From Eledone cirrhosa (Eukaryota), in NCBI GenBank assembly GCA_964016885.1, contig OZ024747.1, positions 89,776,001 to 89,840,000 of the forward strand: a stretch of 64,000 bases of DNA. The letters run 5' to 3'. This document shows positions 25,312 to 39,828 of this stretch, one piece after another. The notes beneath the pieces are model-generated. The model saw only the letters and a program-made list of their open reading frames with translations. It did not search any database and had not been told where the DNA came from. Position numbers and translations under genes: made by a program. The stretch's first letter is position 1. Each line of letters starts with the position of its first letter.

Positions 25312-25749
25312 AATATATATTATATATTTATAAATATATATATACATATAAATATATATATTTATTTATATATATATATACATATATTATATATTTATTT
25401 ATATATATACATATAAATATATATTATATATTTATTTATATATATACATATAAATATATATATATATTTATTTATATATATATATACATATAAATATATA
25501 TCTATATATATATATTTATTTATATATATATATATACATATAAATATATATTATATATTTATTTATATATATATACATATAAATATATATATATATATTT
25601 ATTTATATATATATATACATATAAATATATATATATATATTTATTTATATATATACATATAAATATATATTATATATTTATTTATATATATACATATAAA
25701 TATATATATATATATTTATTTATATATATACATTTAAATATATATTATA

Positions 25750-25816
<67 letters not shown>

Positions 25817-25845
25817 AATGTGTGTGTGTGTAGAGAGAGAGAGAG
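24177..25845. repeat. Compound (TA)n / (TATG)n / (TATTTA)-type microsatellite field
   Basis: Directly visible. Further TA/TG tracts at 300-338, 15611-15712, 16104-16522, 18196-18505, 31696-31990, 55805-55872 and 56271-56460. Confidence 0.97.
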
Positions 25846-27955
25846 GGCGGAGAATGCAAATAGGTAAATGTAAAGTTAGGAAATATTTATGAGTTATGAT
25901 TTCAGACCTTTCTTTTAATATGAATTCTTATTGCTCTACTTATATCAGTCAATATAATAGACCGAAAAATACCATTTCATGAAGTCTAGCATGAACAGAT
26001 ATATTCAGGCTTTAAAAAATATCTGCTGAATCCCTCTCTTTTTAAAAAACGTGTGTAAAGTTTTGTGAACCCTTTTGAAACTAAACCATCTGAAACTGCT
26101 CCTTGTTTCTGATACAAAACTCCTTGTGCTTATATTTCTCTAAAAACTTCCCTCGTAATTGTAGTTAAGAACTTTTTTTAAAGTTATTTTCTAAAACCAA
26201 TAGCTTAATGGGGAGAAATTTAGTTATATTTTAAGATCAATCAAAATTATCTAATTGAAAATCACAAGTAACGTCTTTCATGAGAAATATAATAATAAAA
26301 GGGTTAGATTAGGAAGACATTCTTCAGTGGAATCGTCTCTGTTACCATTTATTTACTGTGTCAATGACCTGAGGTTTTTAGTTCTTTTTAAGAGCTATGT
26401 GTTGAGAAATCCTTATTTATCTGAATAGCTCTCTATATATATTTTCACTTTTTAATATTTAATTTATTACTCAACATTCACACAGTTTGCTATTGTTAAC
26501 TACCTCTGACATTTGGTATTTATTAATAATAAAAATGCAGTGCCAGAAATGGTCTACAAAGCAATACATTCCTCAAATTCATGCATAGATTATTATTACT
26601 ATTATTTTATTTATTTTATTTTTTTTTGCATTATGAAATTCCTCTTGTTTTAAAAAGGCAAACGGAACTCTGAAAACAATTTTGTGGAATTAAGGAACTA
26701 CAATCTACATGCATTACTTTTAATTTTTTTTATTTAGTTACTTTTACATGGGAAAAAAAAAGTTTGAAAAATTAAAAAAAAAAAAAATTACTTTCACACA
26801 TATTATACAATACTAGAAATAAAAAATACAAATGAAGAGGAGACTATCTAATATAAGTATGGGGGAAAAAGTTGGCAATGAACACATTTGATATCACAAC
26901 TGATTTGAATGATTCTACAAAAAATAGTAACAACAACAACAACAATAATAACAACAACAATAATAATGGTAATAATAATAATGGTAATAATAAGATAAAA
27001 TATAACATATTTCTCATCTTTAAAAAAAATGTAATGTTGTTGAAGATGTGACGTCAACTATTTTTTCTTCTTTTCCCTTTCCCTTTCTCATGTAATATAA
27101 AATTCATTAATGCTTTGTAGGAAAACATAAAAGAAGCAAATGACAAAATCCTTTTTTTTTGTCTTTATGTCATTTTTTTTGTTTGTTTTGTAATTTTGTT
27201 TGTTTGTTTCTTTGTTTGTTTTTAAAAGAAATCAATTTACTGACAAAGTGAAAAGTTAGTTATTGCATGAGAGTAAAAAAAAAATGCTAAAATATATACT
27301 TGCACATAGATTCTCTCGTTGTAACTTAACATAAGCATTTCTTTATATATATTTTCTATACTTCTTTTGTTTTTACTTTGATAAGAAACTTCTGTGAATT
27401 AACATCCTTTCTTGCTGATCATACACACATGCATAAGTACATATGTACATACATACACATGCAAGTGCACAAACTCACACATATACACACTCATGCACAC
27501 ACACACGTACACACATATATATATACTCATGCACACACACTATACATATATATGAACATAAGTTTTATTTCTATTTATGTTTTGTTTATATTTTTCTTCT
27601 TGTACTTTGTTTTATTCAAAACTATATACTTATTTATTATGATAATATTTTAGTTTGTGCTACTCCAAGCATTTCCTTTCTGCAATGAATTTCCATTAGA
27701 ATATCAACTACATTAAACAAAGCAATACAATGTGTATATCATTTGTTATACTTTCATTATAGAATGAAAATATTCTTTACACATTTGTGTTAACTGTGTA
27801 GTTGTGAAGTTGAAAATACAATTATTAGTCAACAAGCATTGTGTATATGTAGCCAATCTCTCAGACTTTTATGGAGCACTAAAGGGGTAAATCATTTGTT
27901 ATATTTTCATTATAATATGAAAATATTCTTTTCATATTCATGTTAACTGTGTAGT

Positions 27956-28160
27956 GAAAGATATATATATACACGAGGTCCAAACACAAAAGAACCAAAC
28001 ACCCACTGTTACTGCCTCCGTCTTTCCCACTCTCACCATCTCTCACTATTATGAGCAAATGGGGTCCCAGGCACTGGCTCCCCCATGGCCCCAATGGACT
28101 GAATAGAGAAGGCGTTTCCCTGGAGGATGGTGAAGGAGACGTGCTGGAAGAGCCATTCCA
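27956..28160 (-). mobile_element. CRE-like (restriction-like endonuclease) LINE 3' end
   Basis: Minus strand reads EWLFQHVSFTILQGNAFSI (from 28158), resembling the LFQRxSxAxQRGNA C-terminus of CRE-clade ORFs. It interrupts the second copy of a local duplication. Confidence 0.6.
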
Positions 28161-28561
28161 AGTTGTGAGGTTGAAAATACAATTATTAGTCAACAAACAT
28201 TGTGTATATGTAACCAATCTCTGATTTGTGTGCAACACTAAAGGGGTAAGGTTAATTTAAAGAGATGTCATAAGCTATTTTATAACACCTCCATGCATGA
28301 GCCCACCACACTTTATATTAACAATTATTAGTATTTCAATAATATCATTCTTAGTTAAGTAAAAATTAAAGCTAAATTCTTTTTCCTAGTTCATTTAGTA
28401 TATAAATGATTTGTAATACCAGACTAAATTCAATAGTTTCTGGCTATGAAGTAATGCATAAGTTATATTTGTATTGCTTCTATTCTAACAAACACTGAGT
28501 GAAGGCTGAAAGTAGCTGCCAGGTTTCAGTGCTCAGTGGGCCTTCAGAAGATTCTGGGTAG

Positions 28562-28830
28562 CAGTGGCGTGCAGATCTCTGGTAATGCCCGGGGCAAATC
28601 TTGATTGTATGCCCTAAAGACTTGAGTCTTTAGGCCTAATATACTGAGAAATATTATGAGAAAGGAAAATATTTTCAATATATAAACACAGATGAAACCT
28701 GAAATAAACACTTTATTCGATTTTAATATAAATCAATCAAATTTAAGTTCTTTTCTCCCAAATGATGCCCCCATCCAAAGTATGCCCGGGGGCCAATGCA
28801 CCGTGCCCCCCCCCCCCTCTGCATGCTAAT
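28562..28830. mobile_element. hAT-type MITE
   Basis: Ends cagtggcgtgcaga and tctgcatgctaat, subterminal atgcccgggg repeats, 8-bp TSD ctgggtag (28554-28561) and ctgggcag (28831-28838). Confidence 0.7.
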
Positions 28831-31825
28831 CTGGGCAGGCATTTTAATTCAAGGAATATATTTCAGGATATTTTTTATAAACTTTATTTTTTACATATGA
28901 GGTTACACCATTGAAAAGCAGTGTGTGTGTGGGGATGGTATCACCCCCCCCCCCCACCCCCCGCGCGCCCGATAACCAGTCCAGTAGCTACTACCTACTT
29001 TTTTGTTCAATTCAAACAATTCTTATTTTTAAAAATACAAATACCATTCACAATTCATTGTACCTCATTCCATGTGAAAAATTGTTATCAATTTAGAAAA
29101 CAATGTTTAAACACATTTTGAATGTATTTCTAACAGCACATGTGAGAATTATTTAGTTAAAGAAATGAAATCTATATTCCACTGCTTGTAACTATGTTCA
29201 TTATTTTAATTTTGTTAGCTTAAGAAAAGCTAGCTTTTGATAAAACATGATAAGACTAAACACTTCAATTTAAAAATTTAAGCTCTTAAAGCTAATTATT
29301 TTCTCTGTTTTAAATATCAGTAACACAATATATTTGTACTTTTATACAATGTCTAAATTACTGTAAACTTGTAAATATGGATGATTTATAGGATTAACAT
29401 TTATCATACAATAATGACAGACTTCTTATATTGTATTAAAATTAGATTTATAAAACATCTTGTTAAAATATCTTTTAAATATTATTAAAAACCTGAAAAC
29501 ATTTGTCAGTGGTTCTGAGTTCTCATTGTTTTTTGAAGTATTGATTGGAATAACTGCTTTGTAGTAAATCTAAATTAATACTATGAGACATTTGACAAAA
29601 TTATTAGACTACCATATTTGCACTCATGCCCAATAAACAACTCATACAATTATTTTTTATTCTCTATATAAATTATCAAGCAAATTTTTTATATTTTTTA
29701 TCAGGTAAAATATTATCAAAACAGTTGGGTAACCACTTTAGTAGCAAAATATGCTTCAGCTCTGAACTGCTGCTAACCCTTTATAAAGTATGAATATGTT
29801 TGGGTTGGTGGATGTTCTTTCCTAGTGTATATTATAATTAACAGGATTTGAACTCAGATCATAAAGGGCCGTAACTCTATGCTGCAAAGCATGGCGTCCA
29901 ACACTCTACTGATTCTACCAAACCACCACCCTACACTTTAAAATAATAATGTTTCATAGAACCAAGGATGATGTCAGGCAGTTTGGTATCGAAATGGTTA
30001 AAAAAATAATTTGCTTGCCACTTTGCCCAAAAATTTTCTTAACATTGAGTAAATCTCTCTTGATTTCATGAACTCTTTAAAGCCTCAGATGATATTGTGT
30101 CAGGTAGGAAATAAGATTAACATAACTAAAGAGTCTCTTTAGCTATGTTAGGTAAAAGCATAAGTAAATTCTTAAGAAGTTCAATTTACTGTCAAACAAT
30201 GAGATTAACTAGTACATTATGAATGGATTTTGGTAAACAGAAAGTTTATGGGGGCCTGTTGTATATGCAATAGAGCGTCAGACAGACACCATGCTTTGCA
30301 GCATAGGGTTACAGCCCTTTTACATTCTGAGTTCAAATTCCGTTGAGGTTAGTTTTGCCTTTCATCCTTACAGGGTTGATAAAATAAAGCACCAGTAATA
30401 GACTGGGGTCGATTTAATTGACTTTCCCCTCCCCTGAAATTGTTGGCCTTGTGCCTAAATCAGAAACCATTATGTCACGATAAAAAGCACCCAGTATACA
30501 CTGTAATGAGCTTGAAATTATGAAGGGCATCCAACCATAAAAACAAAACCAAAATACAGATATGTATGAGCAAGACATGGTCACTCAACCTGACTTATCT
30601 CAATGTGACAACCTGTCTAACCCATGCAAGCATGGAAAAATCGACGTTAAACAATGGTGAGGTTGATGATGATATATTTATATAATATATATATATAACC
30701 ATCCTGCCAATCTGGCCAAAGATACAAGCACCCTGATGTTGAAATGTGGTAGTGCTGGTTCCATGCTAAAATCCACCCATTCTATAAGAAAACGAGCCAG
30801 GTACATGCCATGAGGTTGTTGGCATTAGGAAGGGCATCTCATCATAGAAACCATAACAACATGGGATGTATAAGCAAGGCATAGTTTATCTGACCTCTCT
30901 AGCCTTAGCATGCAGGTATCAAACTCATGCAAGCATGTGAGCTAGATGTAAAAGAGTTATGATGTTACATATATATATATATCATCATTTTACATCTACT
31001 TTTCCCTGCTTGCAAGGGTGGGACGGGAACTGATTCTGGCTTGATTTCTACAGCTGGATGCCCTTCCTAACACCAACCTCATTTACAGTGAGTGGTGGGT
31101 CGTTTTTGCCGTGGCACCTACACGACCACTTTGCAGTGGAATGATAGGGACTCAAGTCCCTATCATCTCATTTCTACTGCTGAGTAAACTGGAGCAATGT
31201 GAAATAAAGTGTCTTGCTCAAGGAAACAACACATCACCCAGTTGAACTGACAACCTTTCGATTGCAACATGTGCCTATATATGTGCCTACACTACCAAAC
31301 CCATGCAAGCGTGGAAGATGGACATTAAACGATGATGATGATGATGATATACATATACATATAGTGAGAGAGAGAGGAATTGGTAGATACAAAGACTGGT
31401 AGGAGGAAACAAAATGAGTTGGTGCCAAGAAGGGAATCTGGCTATAAAAGATTGCTTCAAAATATCCATTGTTTAACAGGATTACAGTTGTTATTAGACC
31501 TGCAATGGTAACTTTGAGTTAGCAGGGAAAATGGCCTCAAAAGGCTTGATGTTGTGGTATCATCATCATCATCATCATATTTGTCGTTTTTCATGTGTCT
31601 ATACATATATAAATACACATGAACGCACACCCACACGCACTTATATTGAGTGATAGAGGGAGGAATTTGTGCATATCAAAGATATATATAGTTGATATAT
31701 ATATGTGTGTGTATATATATATATATATCTATGTGTGTGTGTGTATATATATATGTGTGTGTATATGTGTATATATATATATGTGTGTGTGTGTATGTGT
31801 GTACATGTGTATATATATATATGTT

Positions 31826-31860
<35 letters not shown>

Positions 31861-31863
31861 GTT

Positions 31864-31894
<31 letters not shown>

Positions 31895-33462
31895 GTGTGT
31901 CTGTTTGTGTATATGTGTATATATATATATGTGTGTGTTTGTGTATATGTGTGTAAGTGTATGTGTGTATATATATATGTATGTATACATTCCGATGAGA
32001 AATAGCCGATAAATCATACATCCAGGAACAAGTACCTCATGATATTTCTTCCACTCCAGTTGACCAGTCATTCCCTACTCTCTGCCCTTTCTCTCTTGCC
32101 ATTAGAAATTCAGTGAACCAGTGAGTGGTCTGCTGCTAATGTGTAACCAACTAGGCTGCTGTTCACTAATGCTTATGAAATATATATATAAAGTATTGAA
32201 TAAGAAGCTAGTAATGATATATATTGTGTAAGAGAAATAGATTAGAAGGTATTTGCATAGGTTTAGCAGTTGTAAAAGTACAAGGAATGTAGTAAAAGGT
32301 AAGAAATAGAGGCAGATTATCAGAAAATTAGACTAGAGGCAACATGTCTGCGTTAAGAGGGGAACAGGTGTAAGATGAAAATTTATGCTTGGAAGTTGTG
32401 AAAATTTCAGAAATATGTAATTATCAATAAAGGAAACAAGTGTAAGTTTAAGTCATTTATGTAATAGATTTCCACAGCTGGTGTACAACTGAACACCGAG
32501 TGTATAATGGTACTGAACACAATATATATAATGGTAATTCACATTTAATAATAGAGAAAAAACACAAAATATTTAACACAAACTATTTTAAGGAGAAAAT
32601 AACGTAACTACTGGTTTAATCAAATATATTCTGAATGTGGTATTTAAATATTTTTAACACATGAACTTCCAGAATTTTCTCTAGGTTATCAATTCTGTTT
32701 ATATGAAATATTATTTAATGAAATGATGCCCTTAAAAACTGCATTGTTCTATAGAAAAATTATATCCAGTGTATATATACTTCCTCATCAGTATTTCATT
32801 CAGAGCCAATATTTCATTTCCTATAGCTCAGAAAAAGCAGCTGCTTGTAATTTTTCATCGTGTTATAATTAATGTTTCTGCCTGAGGGAATATAGTGAAA
32901 AAAAAGATAACTTTCTGTTTTTTTATCAAGATTTGAATAAACTTGCTTTTTTCTGAAACTCTAAATCAATCTATAAACAACTTGAGGTATAAATTAAAAA
33001 GAAATACTATAATGCAAATGTATATTCATAGAAATTCACAAACAATATTTAACTCTGCAGCACTTAGTAAAAGTAAAAATTTTCTTTACCAAAGAAACAT
33101 TGATTTTGTTTTGACAATGTTAATATTAAAAAAGCTGACGATTAATTTTCTCCATTTTAAAAACTCTTAGCATTTTCTCTCTGATGTTTAAGAAAAAGAA
33201 AATTTAATTAATTTAACATTTGTAAAAATTAAGATAATTCAATAGTAATAATAATAATTGTTTCTACTTTTGGCACAAGGCCAGCAATTATCCAGTGTAT
33301 TACTGGTACTTTATTTTATCGACCCCGTAAGGATGAAAGGCAAAGTTAACCTCGGCGGGATTTGAACTCAGACCATAAAGGGCCGTAACTCTATGCTTGC
33401 AAAGCATGGCGTCTGACCCTCTACCCATACTGCCAATCCACCACCCTAATAATAATAATAAT

Positions 33463-33862
33463 GCTTTCTTTATTAACCACAAGGGTTTACACAAAGTAGA
33501 CATTAAGGACAGTACAGGACATTACAAGACGGTACAAATGGGCATTTCTGCGTGTAAAAAACAAAAAAAAAAGAGGATGTAATAATAGAACAATGATAAA
33601 TTCCCCAATAGGGAGGAGACTTCCGAGGGCCATCGTGGAGAAAGCCCATTAAAAAAGCCACGGTGACCCTGACCACCAGGGCAATTGTCCTCTCCAGTTT
33701 TCCACCTTCAATTTACAGGCATATACTCAGAGTAGGTCCACTCACTCGGGCCATTCTTGCCTCTCTCTCCCCCATCTTTCAACAAAAAGCTGGGAAGAGA
33801 GCACCTCCCTCTCTACCCTGATTTTCCTTTTCAAATGAAATTGGAAAAAGTTAATTAGGGCA
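33463..33862 (-). mobile_element. L1/Tx1-like LINE 3' end
   Basis: Minus strand reads ALINFFQFHLKRKIRVEREVLSSQLFVERW / ARMARVSGPTLSICL* (stop 33713-33715), then a UTR with AATAAA and an (ATT)n end. Family assignment is from recalled C-terminal motifs. Confidence 0.6.
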
Positions 33863-34492
33863 TAATTGTTTCTACTTTTGGCACAAGGCCAGTAATTATC
33901 CCAGTACATTACTGGTACTTTATTTTATCGACCCCGTAAGGATGAAAGGCAAAGTTAACCTCGATGGGATTTGAACTCAGAATGGCAAGGCCCGTAACTC
34001 TGTGTCTCAAAGCATGCTGTCTGACCCTCTACCGATACTGCCAATCCACCACCCTTAATAATAATTGTTTCTACTTTAGGCACAAGGCCAGCAATTACCC
34101 AGTGCATTACTGGTACTTTATATAATCGACCCCGTAAGGATGAAAGGCAAAGTCAACCTCGGCGGGATTTGAACTCAGATCATAAAGGGACGTAACTATG
34201 CTGGAAAGCATGGCGTCCGACCCCTCTACCGATACTGCCAATCCACCAATGGTTTCTGATTTAGACACAAGGCCTGCAACTTTGGGGGAGGGGAAAGTTA
34301 ATTAAATCGACTTCAGTGCATTACTGGTACTTTATTTTAACGACTCTGTTGGGATGAAAGGTAAAGCTAACCTCAGTGGGATTTGAACTCAGAATGTAAA
34401 GGCTCTACTGATTCTGTCAATCTACCACCCTTAATGGTTTCTGATTTAGACACAAGGCCAACAATTTTTGGGGAAGGGGAAAGTTGATTAAA
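33862..34492 (-). mobile_element. Head-to-tail cluster of SINE family A (three full copies plus one partial; another at 33252-33448)
   Basis: Repeated ttgtttct...cacaaggcc...tactggtacttta...ggatttgaactcaga...ccaatccacc units, each with the Pol III B box (gagttcaaatccc) on minus. Confidence 0.85.
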
Positions 34493-35183
34493 GAGATACA
34501 TTTAGACATTAGAATACTATATGTACAACTCTATCAGAAGTTACGGGTCCATACATATAATAGAATACTATAGATATAACATTACAATAGAGTTGAAGGA
34601 AATAACTCAAAGGATTATTCTACATATAAAGTCATATTATTGTAATCATATAGTGAATGCATAATACAGTGAGTTGAAAATCTTCAGTTAACTGAAATTA
34701 TTATGCTTTCACCAGTTGGCTTTAAAGAGGAAAGTAGTGTCTGTTTCTATATACACTAACCACTTCTTTATCTAGCTGACTCAGCTGAATATGCTTCCCT
34801 GATGAGATCTAATAAGTTTGAAACATATCCTTTGTTTTAACCAATAACTTTGATTTAAAAAAAAGTCACTCCTATATGCATTGTCTTTATTTTCAAAATT
34901 TTCAGTTGGAGTTATTTTCTTTGTTGCTTTTAGATTATAAACACTCCTAGAGGGAGCTTTTGTCTTTAATTGTATGTATAATCTCAGATAATCTAATTTT
35001 GTTTTCCAACTTTCCATTGGAAGATAAATTATGCTGATCATATATCTTTGTGGCTTCTGAATTCCCTTTGTGATTTTGCAGTGCCTTCATGGTGTTATTG
35101 TGCCACTCATTAAGTTGATGCCAGAATTAGCATTATTTAGTTGTATTGGCAGTTTGAGATATGTTGGAGATTGTATATTAGCA

Positions 35184-35459
35184 ATAGTAGTAGTAGTGGT
35201 AGAAGTAGTAGTGGTGGCAGTGGTGGTGATGGTGGCAGTAGTGGTCGGAGTGCTGGCAATAGTGGTGGTGGTAGTAGTAGTGGTGGTGGTGGTGGCAGTA
35301 GTAGTAGTAGTAGTAGTGGTGGTGGTGGTGGCAGTAGTAGTAGTAGTAGTAGAGGTGGTAGTGGTAGTAGTGGTGGTGGTGGAAATGGTAATAGTAGTGG
35401 GATCATTAGTAGTGGTGGTGGTAGTAGTGGCAGTAGTAGTAGTAGTAGTAGTAGTAGTT
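35184..35459. repeat. (GTA/GTG)n compound trinucleotide repeat
   Basis: Directly visible; it accounts for the poly-V, poly-T and poly-S/G ORFs. Confidence 0.95.
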
Positions 35460-36092
35460 GGAGAAATCAATCATGTAGACTAGCTGGAAACATTACTACA
35501 TGTTACATATGATCAAGCAGCTGCTCTAAACAAGATGGAGAAGCTGGTGATGTGTTGGTCCATCAATAAAATTATCATGATGAAGAAATGTGTTTGGGGA
35601 AGGATATATAGCAGCTATTTATTCTGTAGGTGCTTAACTGAGCTTTTTCATATCCTTATTTAATCCAGACTGTGTTTCTGCCAGCATAAATCTGATAACT
35701 TGCATCTATAATGTCATTATATTGCTCTTGTAATCAACCAGTTCACTTAATTGTTTGCCAAATAATGTATCCACTGGAGAGAGAATTACGATGTATCAGT
35801 ATTACAAGAACCTTTTCTAAAAACTTATCAAACTTTTCATTGGATTGACAATAACCTTTTAATCTGGATTTAATTATTTTCGGATGTATCAGTAGGGTGT
35901 TGGACACCATGTTTTGTAGCATAGAGTTATGGCCCTTTACGTCCTGAGTTCAAATCCTGCCGAGGTTATCTTTGTCTTTCATCCTTATGGGAGTCGATAA
36001 AATAAAGTACCAGTAATGCACTGTGGTCAATTTAATTGGCTTTCCCCTTACCTTCAAATTGCTGCCCTTGTGTCTAAAGTAGTAACAATTAT

Positions 36093-37000
36093 TTTCACAG
36101 CTCTTTCTGTTGCAATTTTAAATTGTTGATTGTAGATAGGACTTAGAATTTTCTTGCAACCAAGTTGATTTAAGAAGTCATTTAATTGAATGAATTCTGG
36201 TCAGTAGTCTAATACCACTGTCATTAGAGTGTTTTTATGAGATCTTTTGGAAAAAATGAAATCGAACATCTGATGATCAGTTTAATGTGAAATGTTTCAA
36301 GTGTATGAGTAACATATGTTATGGATTTTCCATCCTGAGACATTATGCTTGCTATTGCAATCTCAGAGGTATTGACAGTAAAAGTTGTTTCAGAATGGGT
36401 AGACAATGTTACCAAAGCAGAGTTTTATGTAAAAAGTTATATTATCTTCATAAAGAGTTGTTTTGGATAGGTTTTCTTTGTAAATATATTCCTTTTTGCT
36501 GTAAGAAGTGGGGTGACAATATCCGAAAATTTAGAAAAAATTAGCAATAAAAGTTTATCAGCTCTATATTTTTCAATCTTTTCTTTTAATTTAGGAACAA
36601 TTCATTGGATCTTGTCAATTAGACTATACAATAGTTTGATCCCATCCTTTAAAATATTGATTTCTAGGTAATCTATGGAAGATGTATTTATTTGGGTTAA
36701 TTGGTACATTGGCTCTTTTCAATCTAGCAATAGTTGCATTTTCTCAATCCTTCAGTTTATTTTGGAGTTGCTGCAAAGATCCATATGTCATCAAGATAGA
36801 TAATTATGCCATTAATTCTTTTCAACATAGAGTCCATACAATGGTGAAAAATAGGGCTGCTATTTTCAGACACATCTGAAATCTATTGTCTATTATATAG
36901 ATCATTGTTTGTTTCTATTGCATATAATCTCTTAGAATTTTATCCAATCCTATCTGCCAGTCACTGAAGAAATAAAACTTTCCTCCTTGTGCATCAGTAC
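36093..37000 (-). mobile_element. Decayed Ty3/Gypsy pol remnant
   Basis: In order on minus: NSSPIFHHCMDSMLKRINGIIIYLDDIWIF (YLDD 36787-36798), NFSDIVTPL, RNase H-like FTVNTSEIAIASIMSQDGKSITYVTHTL, integrase-like SPIYNQQFKIATERAVKI. Many stops and deletions; no LTRs seen; boundaries approximate. Confidence 0.7.
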
Positions 37001-38057
37001 ATCAGTGAACATTGTTTCAAGATGAAGAGTTAGATGAGAAAAAGTTTTAACCTTGTCATTTATATGTTATTTATAGTGGAGGTATGTGGCCTAGATGTAA
37101 GGGTGTTGGATTTCCGATCATAATGTCATGGGTTTGACTTCTGGGCTGGGTTGTGTGTTGTGTTCTTGAGCAAAACACTTCATTTCATGTTGCTCCAGTA
37201 TACTCAAGCTGAAAATGCATACCAGCATTAGCTGGGGGTTTAACCCTATCCAGCAGGGTGTCTGTACTCTCAGTCGCTTCGCGCCATGAAACCGGGATAA
37301 GCACCAGCCTAACAAGTCTTCTGGCCTAAGACAGATTTTATACTTTAGATTTATATGTATTTTGTAATCATTACACATCCTTCATTTACGATGCTTCTTT
37401 TACACCCAGACAACTAATAATGCACTGTTGGCATCATATGGATATAGAACTATAAGAATAGGGAAGCTTTTCAAATGAGAATGTAATAATCAAAATTACT
37501 TGACAAACAACAATAGAAGGAAGGGGCTCTTTTTGATCATGACTGACCATGGAGTGGCACCTAGAGGGGTCTTCTCCAAGGCACAAGCTCAGACAAAGTG
37601 GCTTCGAGGAAGACCAGCAATCGTTCCAACATATCGGTTCTTCCCTATCCACACTACCTATGTTATCTGAGGAAAAAGCAAAGGCCGGTATAGCTTGGCA
37701 CCAGTTAAATGGCACCTCATTTTTTCCAGCTGAATGAACTGGAACAACGTTAAATAAAGTGTCTTGCTGCCACATCTAAGAATTGAACTCACAAACCCAT
37801 GATTGTAAGCCCAACTTTCTAACCACTAAGTTACAAATGTAATTAATATACCTTTAAAATAATGTCATTTTTATTTAAACAAAACCCAGTTAAGATATGA
37901 TTAACCTCTGTACAATATTAACTCTCAGTTAATAATCCTCTGTAGTAGAACTTCTTTTTAGCATTTTGAAGTTTTTTTTGTTTTTCTAGTTACAGAACAT
38001 AAAACAAATACTCAAGTTAATGGTATTGAACATTTCTAAGCTATTAGCAGTCCTTAA

Positions 38058-38288
38058 CCCTTTAGTTACCAATCCAGCCAAAACCAGCTCTGTTCTATGA
38101 AATAAAACCATCCATTTTAGAGGTTTCCAATTTATATTAAAATCATCCAACATAATTTTATATAAGATCCTTACATTAAATTACTATCTTAGTAATGAAA
38201 TAATTAATAATTTTAGTATATCCCTTAAAATTCTTCATTAATTAATTAGAAGTGAATGTATTTCATTAGAAGTGCAGTCATGAAAGGA
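38058..38288. mobile_element. piggyBac-type MITE, second family
   Basis: TTAA|ccctttagttacc ... catgaaagga|TTAA. Related copies at about 2489-2736, 2781-3347, 8316-8530, 14136-14330, 26070-26304, 41026-41247, 41353-41570 and 62946-63170. Confidence 0.75.
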
Positions 38289-39828
38289 TTAAAGTACCAT
38301 CATGTACTATAACTGACATATCCTTAGTATGTTCAAATAGCTACAAAATTCAGATACATCAACACTACACTGGAATTTAAAAATCAATATCTGTAATACC
38401 TAATCCAGATAAACCCAAAATACACATATACATCAAAGTAACTGAGGTGCTAATGACTGCACCAATTCCAAAGTCTGTAAGAAGTTACCAAACAATTTTG
38501 TATTTTCTCTATTTTTGATGAAATAATTGTTTCTACTTTAAGCACAAGGCCAGCAATTTGAAGGGGAGGGGAAAGTCTATTAAATCGACCCAGTGCATTA
38601 CTGGTACTTTATTTTATCGATCCCTTAAGTATAAAAGGTAAAGCTAACCTTAGCTGGATATGAAATTAAAACATAAAGAGCTGTAACTCTATCGATACTG
38701 CCAATCCACCTCTGGAAAACAAAATGAATTGTCCCACATCCAACCACTGCATGGTAGAGTATAGAATTTGGTACCATGTCTGAAATACTACATATCCAGA
38801 ATGCTAGACTAGTTGGCTATCTACCAATTGTACATCTGCTCAAGTACAGTTGTCTAGAGATAGTCAATAACAGTAACAGTATAGCTGCGTAATTTGCATT
38901 TTAAAAGGGTTTAATAGCTGCTGAGACGACAAGAAGATTGATGCAAAGAAAATAATCTCCATTTAGTTCCTGCCAGTATTGGTAAATGTCCATCAAACCA
39001 ATCACAGAGATAACAAAAGCACAAAATGCAATTTGATATTTTAAATTTAAAGACAAATAAAATGGCATATGAATAATAAATACTAGACACACAAGAAATG
39101 AAGTATTTCATCTACAAATGACGTATTCAACTAATAATTCTGCCATTGATATTTTCACAAATTCTCTTCTCTTTATTTTGTAATATTAATGTTTCATGAA
39201 TTGATTTTTTGGGGGTTATATGCAGTAAATGCAAAATAACTGTAAGCAGTAGGATGTCAATATGAAGGGTAGATTTCAGGATTTGAATATTTTTATCTCT
39301 TACTCAGGAAGAAGGGCAGTGCCCTTTAATTCTTTTAAGGGTCTCTAAGACTGTTAGGGAGGGAGATGGATATTCTCAAACCAGATAGCTGGTCCAAATG
39401 CTTGAAAAAGAATGGAATCCTCAAAAGACACTAAAAGACCATGAGAGGGTGTCAAACTGACTGACTGACAGATTATATCTATCACTGGAGTAGGCCATGG
39501 CTAGATTTGAAGTCAGAATGTAAATAGCCAAAACAAATATTGCAGTGTTGACCAACTAACACTTAAATGATTCTGTCAGTTCACTATATTAATAGATAGA
39601 TAAAGATTAGACATTAAATATTAACTACATGTGAAGAAATTTGGTTGTTAGAATGAATATATTAAAAATAGGTAATGGAGATTAGAGGGGAAATATCATG
39701 AGATAGTGATGGATGTATGAAGTAGGGGTTTAAATGTTAAAGGGTCAAGCCACTGATTTGATATATACTTGTTGACTTAAATTTATATTTCGTTTTAATC
39801 ATTATGCTTGTTTTTCTATTTTTTGCAG

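Noticed and set aside
27121-27225. Possible alternative terminal exon after tttgtAG (ENIKEANDK...)
   Set aside because: It runs into T-rich low-complexity sequence, has no domain similarity and would truncate the PH domain.
34799-34830. CTGATGA...GAAACATATC hammerhead-like core
   Set aside because: No stem I pairing with the downstream sequence, and stem II is weak.
35070-35512. Mucin-like poly-Thr, poly-Val and Gly/Ser ORFs
   Set aside because: A trinucleotide repeat open in several frames, with no splice or domain support.
36270-36300. CTGATGA...GAAA
   Set aside because: No stems, and it lies inside the Gypsy remnant. It shows that bare core words occur by chance, which is why only motifs with all three stems were listed as features.
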